From Pseudovirgaria hyperparasitica (lineage: Eukaryota), in NCBI GenBank assembly GCA_010093815.1, contig ML996565.1: a stretch of 64,000 nucleotides of DNA; one strand, given 5' to 3'. Each line of letters starts with the position of its first letter. Position 1 is the stretch's first letter. The notes under the pieces were generated by a model. That model made no database searches. It had not been told where the DNA came from and saw only the letters and a list, made by a program, of their open reading frames with translations. A program made the translations under genes and the position numbers. Positions 60,243-64,000 of this stretch are shown here, in pieces.

Positions 60243-62629
60243 ACCAAGAATGTGATGAAGAGCATGCTGAATTGCGATATAACTGTCTCAATTGACGTAA
60301 AAACCACTGGCGTATTGAACAGCCAGTCTTGTGCGTTCCCGATGAAGAGAAGAATAATCTGACTTCGTTCATGTAAAACCACCAGCATACATTGAATCAC
60401 CTAGCCAGGAGACACGTGTCCGGAATCAAACCCATGGATGTTACTCTGATCTTAACTATTCTGCACACTGTCTTGATCACTATAGACCAAGACTCTGGTT
60501 CTACCAGCGGAATCTTCTTTCCAGTAATGCTGTTCCCGAAACACGCTATTGCTACTTGTGGGCGGCGGTACTCAGTTGGCGTTCGTCGTAGAGTTTGTTG
60601 TGTGCGGCCAAATTAGCTGCAGTCAACGGCGTTCCCTCAGACTGGTGACAGACAGGAGCAGAAACAGTATAGTCTTCATAATCCTTGCGATGGTGGCATT
60701 GAGTAGTTGCTAAAGAGCTGGGACAATTGCTTCGAGTGCTACTCCTGTATACTGAGCTCAGCCCCATACATGGTGGAAAAAGTAGGTGTCGCCAATTTGT
60801 ATGAAGCATTGTTTAGAAGTAACATAGTGAGTGAATGCTAGCCTTGTTAAAAAGTAGAGGTTGAAAGGTGTACCCAAAGATGAGAAGTAGGATCTCAGCC
60901 GAAAGAACATCAGTCTTATATGCGCGAGCCATATCGATTTTGAAGCGAAGAGCAGGTGAGTGTGATCATCAAGTACAATGTTATTGTTGCCTGCAATGGT
61001 CCAACGTTAGCACAGCAGAACGACAACACAGATTGGCTATTCATCCAATAGGATCTTTACCCTATCTCCGCATGAGCGGTTGCAGGCAAGATAGGAGTGC
61101 ATTCATGAAAGATACACTAGATACAGGAGAAGGTTCGAAGTGAAGGGTGCAGATATGGAGTGCAATCATACGCTTCTACAGATGCCATCGTGGTTGATAG
61201 GACCAATCGGGTATACGTTAGCCACCGTGGCATGAAGTCATCCCGTTGGAACATTCCACGGACATGGGTGGCAGGATGAGTGCAGCGGAAGCGGGTCAAG
61301 CAGAAGCCGTCCAGGCCACGTGGTTGAAGCATTTCACCTGCATCGGGGGAACGCGGACCCAGTGCCGATATAGAACAGATTGCCAGCTCAATGCTAGCAC
61401 CATACAATATACATGGTCGACCCACGGTTCTGGTAGGCTATACCGAATGAAGCATTCGTCAGTTGCAGAAAGGTCCACTGTAGAAGATCGTCGGGGGGAA
61501 AGATAAATATTACATCCGTAGGACCGGTCACAGATTTCGTGCCATGACAAGAGCCAATTGAATCTTGCCAAGGCTTCATCAGCCTCTTTCTGTCTCAGCT
61601 ACTCTGTACCACGCTTACATTGGTCATGACCTGACCTACATATCACGGCTCTTGCCTTGCGTGGGCTCAGCCTCGAAAAACAAGAACCAAGAAATTCGAG
61701 AACGTTATGCTAGACACCCAGCACTTGTATGTACGTGTTCTGATCCTCAATTTACCCAACCACAGTGGGATGGTGACAAAATCTGCTGACGTATATCATG
61801 CACGCTCCGAACTATACTGGCTCGAGCTATCATTGTCAGTAGTGATTTCGATTTGATATACTTCTACTCTTATAGCAGTCGAACATGTCCTCCTACGAAG
61901 GTGCTACCCAGTGACTAAAGTTATTGTATACCATCGACTTGAGAAGTGTAGCCCCGGTACTAATGTTTGCTCACAGTCCGTCTAACATCTATTACAATGG
62001 AGGCCCCTGAACAATTAGCATCAGGTCTTAATGAGGCCCCCGATACCTGAGCGAGACTGTTCGTTTCCAGCCTCAGTCTACCATACTACATGACACGAGA
62101 TTTTAATTTGAAGAGACTCTATGTACGAGGAGTCGCTTTAAGAAAAGTTCAGATCGTACAGTACACACCGCTGTTCAAACACTTTTTATGGCGGATCAAT
62201 CTGTCCCATACTCTAGACGATTGTTCTGTCATGTGAGTAGCGTTTAATAGGGAACAGCTTGGTATCTATTGCTAGATGACCGTCAATCATGAGCTTAGTA
62301 TTATTATTGATCCCAATATCTGTTCTTATGTCTCTCTAGGCCTTTCCCAGGCAAATGACATGATACCTTAATTTCATGCATACGTCGACTTCAGGATATG
62401 ATGTTGTGTATACCAAACGGCTAATCATTCGATCCGTCCAATCGCCAGTACGACTTTACGTTTGTTACCTTTGATCTCAGTAATGAACAACAAAGCACAT
62501 GATATGCAAGCCTCCCTACAACGTGTCAAAATAGCCGAGCATCTTTGTCTTTAGAACCATTTTTACATGATATTTTACAATATAGAGCACGAGTTAATCT
62601 ACGATGCAGCCATGAAGCTATAAGACCAC

Positions 62630-63525
62630 CTAAAACCCCTGGTGAATCGGGACCTGATGGTGGAACGCAGAGTCAAACGCGCCGGCATGTGATCCTGTAC
62701 CAAGATGCAGATTCGCCAACTCCGCGGCTGCTGCATCATACGTCTTCTCCGGTGTCGCAAGCGCCATCTGTAGCATGTTCAACGAGAACACAAACGCATT
62801 CAGCGACTTCTTCGGCGGCCTCCAGCCCTCATTATATGGTAATCGTTCCTCTTCTACACAACAGTCAGCATCAACTTCCCACAAGTATCGAAACTAAGGG
62901 GCATCATAAACTCACCAAAAAGAATCCTGGTATAATCCTTTCGACACACCCCCTTCTCATCCACCATCCCATTCAGAATCAGAATACTCTCCGCATACCC
63001 CGAGAACTGCTGAATGGCACCATACACAAACGCCGGATTGCGATACCGCTCCGTTACCACGCGACTATACCGCGCCATAGCCAGCGCCGGGAGTGTTAGG
63101 GCGTCCATGCCATCGAAGAATCGGAACCAGCTGTCAAAGACCTGCTGGTTGAAGCTATGGCTATCGCCACTTAAGGCGTCGTCCGCACGCGACAGCGAGG
63201 CGTCGTGTTCGATCATGTTATGCTTCTGCAGGTCCTTGAGCGAGAATGTGCCAGTACCAGGTGTGGAAGAGGTATCGATCGCGCGGATGGATACCAGCGT
63301 GCCGACTTCGGTGGAGAGGTTAAAGACCTCACTCATGGCACTGACGAGCATAGGTACGGAAAGGTTGCGGCCGTCTCTGGGGAGGATGCCGTGGTTGGCG
63401 AGACTATTGAGGGCTGGGCATGGTGCGCGGTAGTCGTTTGTGCCTGGCTTTCGCCAATCTGAGAAGTCAGGGGTGGCGAGTGCGAGTGGAAGGAGAGCGC
63501 CCGGGAGGAGGAATAGAGAGCGCAT
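62630..63525 (-). CDS. Secreted heme-thiolate peroxidase (chloroperoxidase / short unspecific peroxygenase family)
   Basis: Signal peptide; RAPCPALNSLANHG (PCP heme ligand), IEHDASLSRAD and, after one intron, EERLPYNEGWR. Confidence 0.92.
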
Positions 63526-64000
63526 GGTGGGGACGGGAAGTGAATGAATCTGTTGTTGCCCGTTAGGGTTGCCGTGTGCTTCAAGGTGGGTTCCCTATGG
63601 GTCTATCCGTCGGTCGGGATGTCTAGCGTAGGGTATCCGTGAGTTTAAATCGATGTGTGGTGATGCGGTGAATAGAGCGGAACGGCCATAGGGAATACTG
63701 CGCAAGTGGACGAGGCCAGATAGATATACCTACATGAGGTCGCAGCCTGATGAGAAGCGGCCTCCATCTGACAAAGTCCTCAATACGACTCACCGGCGCC
63801 GCCGAATGAGATGCGGTGAATTGAGAGTTGCCTGCGCAGCCTCAGCTCAATGTTACGGGACATCGCCTAAACTCCTGGTCCTCCACCACTTGCGAACGAC
63901 AAATCACTTTCTGTTATTGGAGGACAATGCTGTGGAACGTACAGGGGTTGCATCCTGCAACCGCGACTCCGGATCCTCGAACGCGAACCATGACACAGTC

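Noticed and set aside
60300..62600. Gene-poor stretch with short ORFs (e.g. 60552-60809)
   Set aside because: No recognisable domain, repeat, RNA gene or transposon signature.

Overview
Eukaryotic, intron-containing genomic DNA from a filamentous ascomycete (Pezizomycotina-type GT-AG introns with CTRAC branch sites). About 26 protein-coding genes are supported; I see no rRNA, tRNA, CRISPR array or intact transposon. Conserved genes (INO80F-like, rrp45, DUF4336, RAI16/FHIP, Ppn2-like phosphoesterase, DHA1 MFS, PRCC-like, sin1, a RING + RS-rich protein) alternate with lineage-specific-looking genes (F-box, ankyrin, HET, kinases). The most striking structure is at 1-6370: a two-gene cassette present twice in tandem. 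Each copy pairs a PD-(D/E)xK nuclease-like gene (+) tail-to-tail with an atypical kinase gene (-). This is the same domain pair that forms the poison and resistance modules of the single-chain Spok spore killers, so a split toxin-antidote system is a testable hypothesis. Also notable: a secreted M43 metalloprotease with its catalytic Glu replaced by Gly, and a ~10 kb accessory island (F-box, M43, HET, F-box). All family assignments come from motif recognition by eye; no searches were run.
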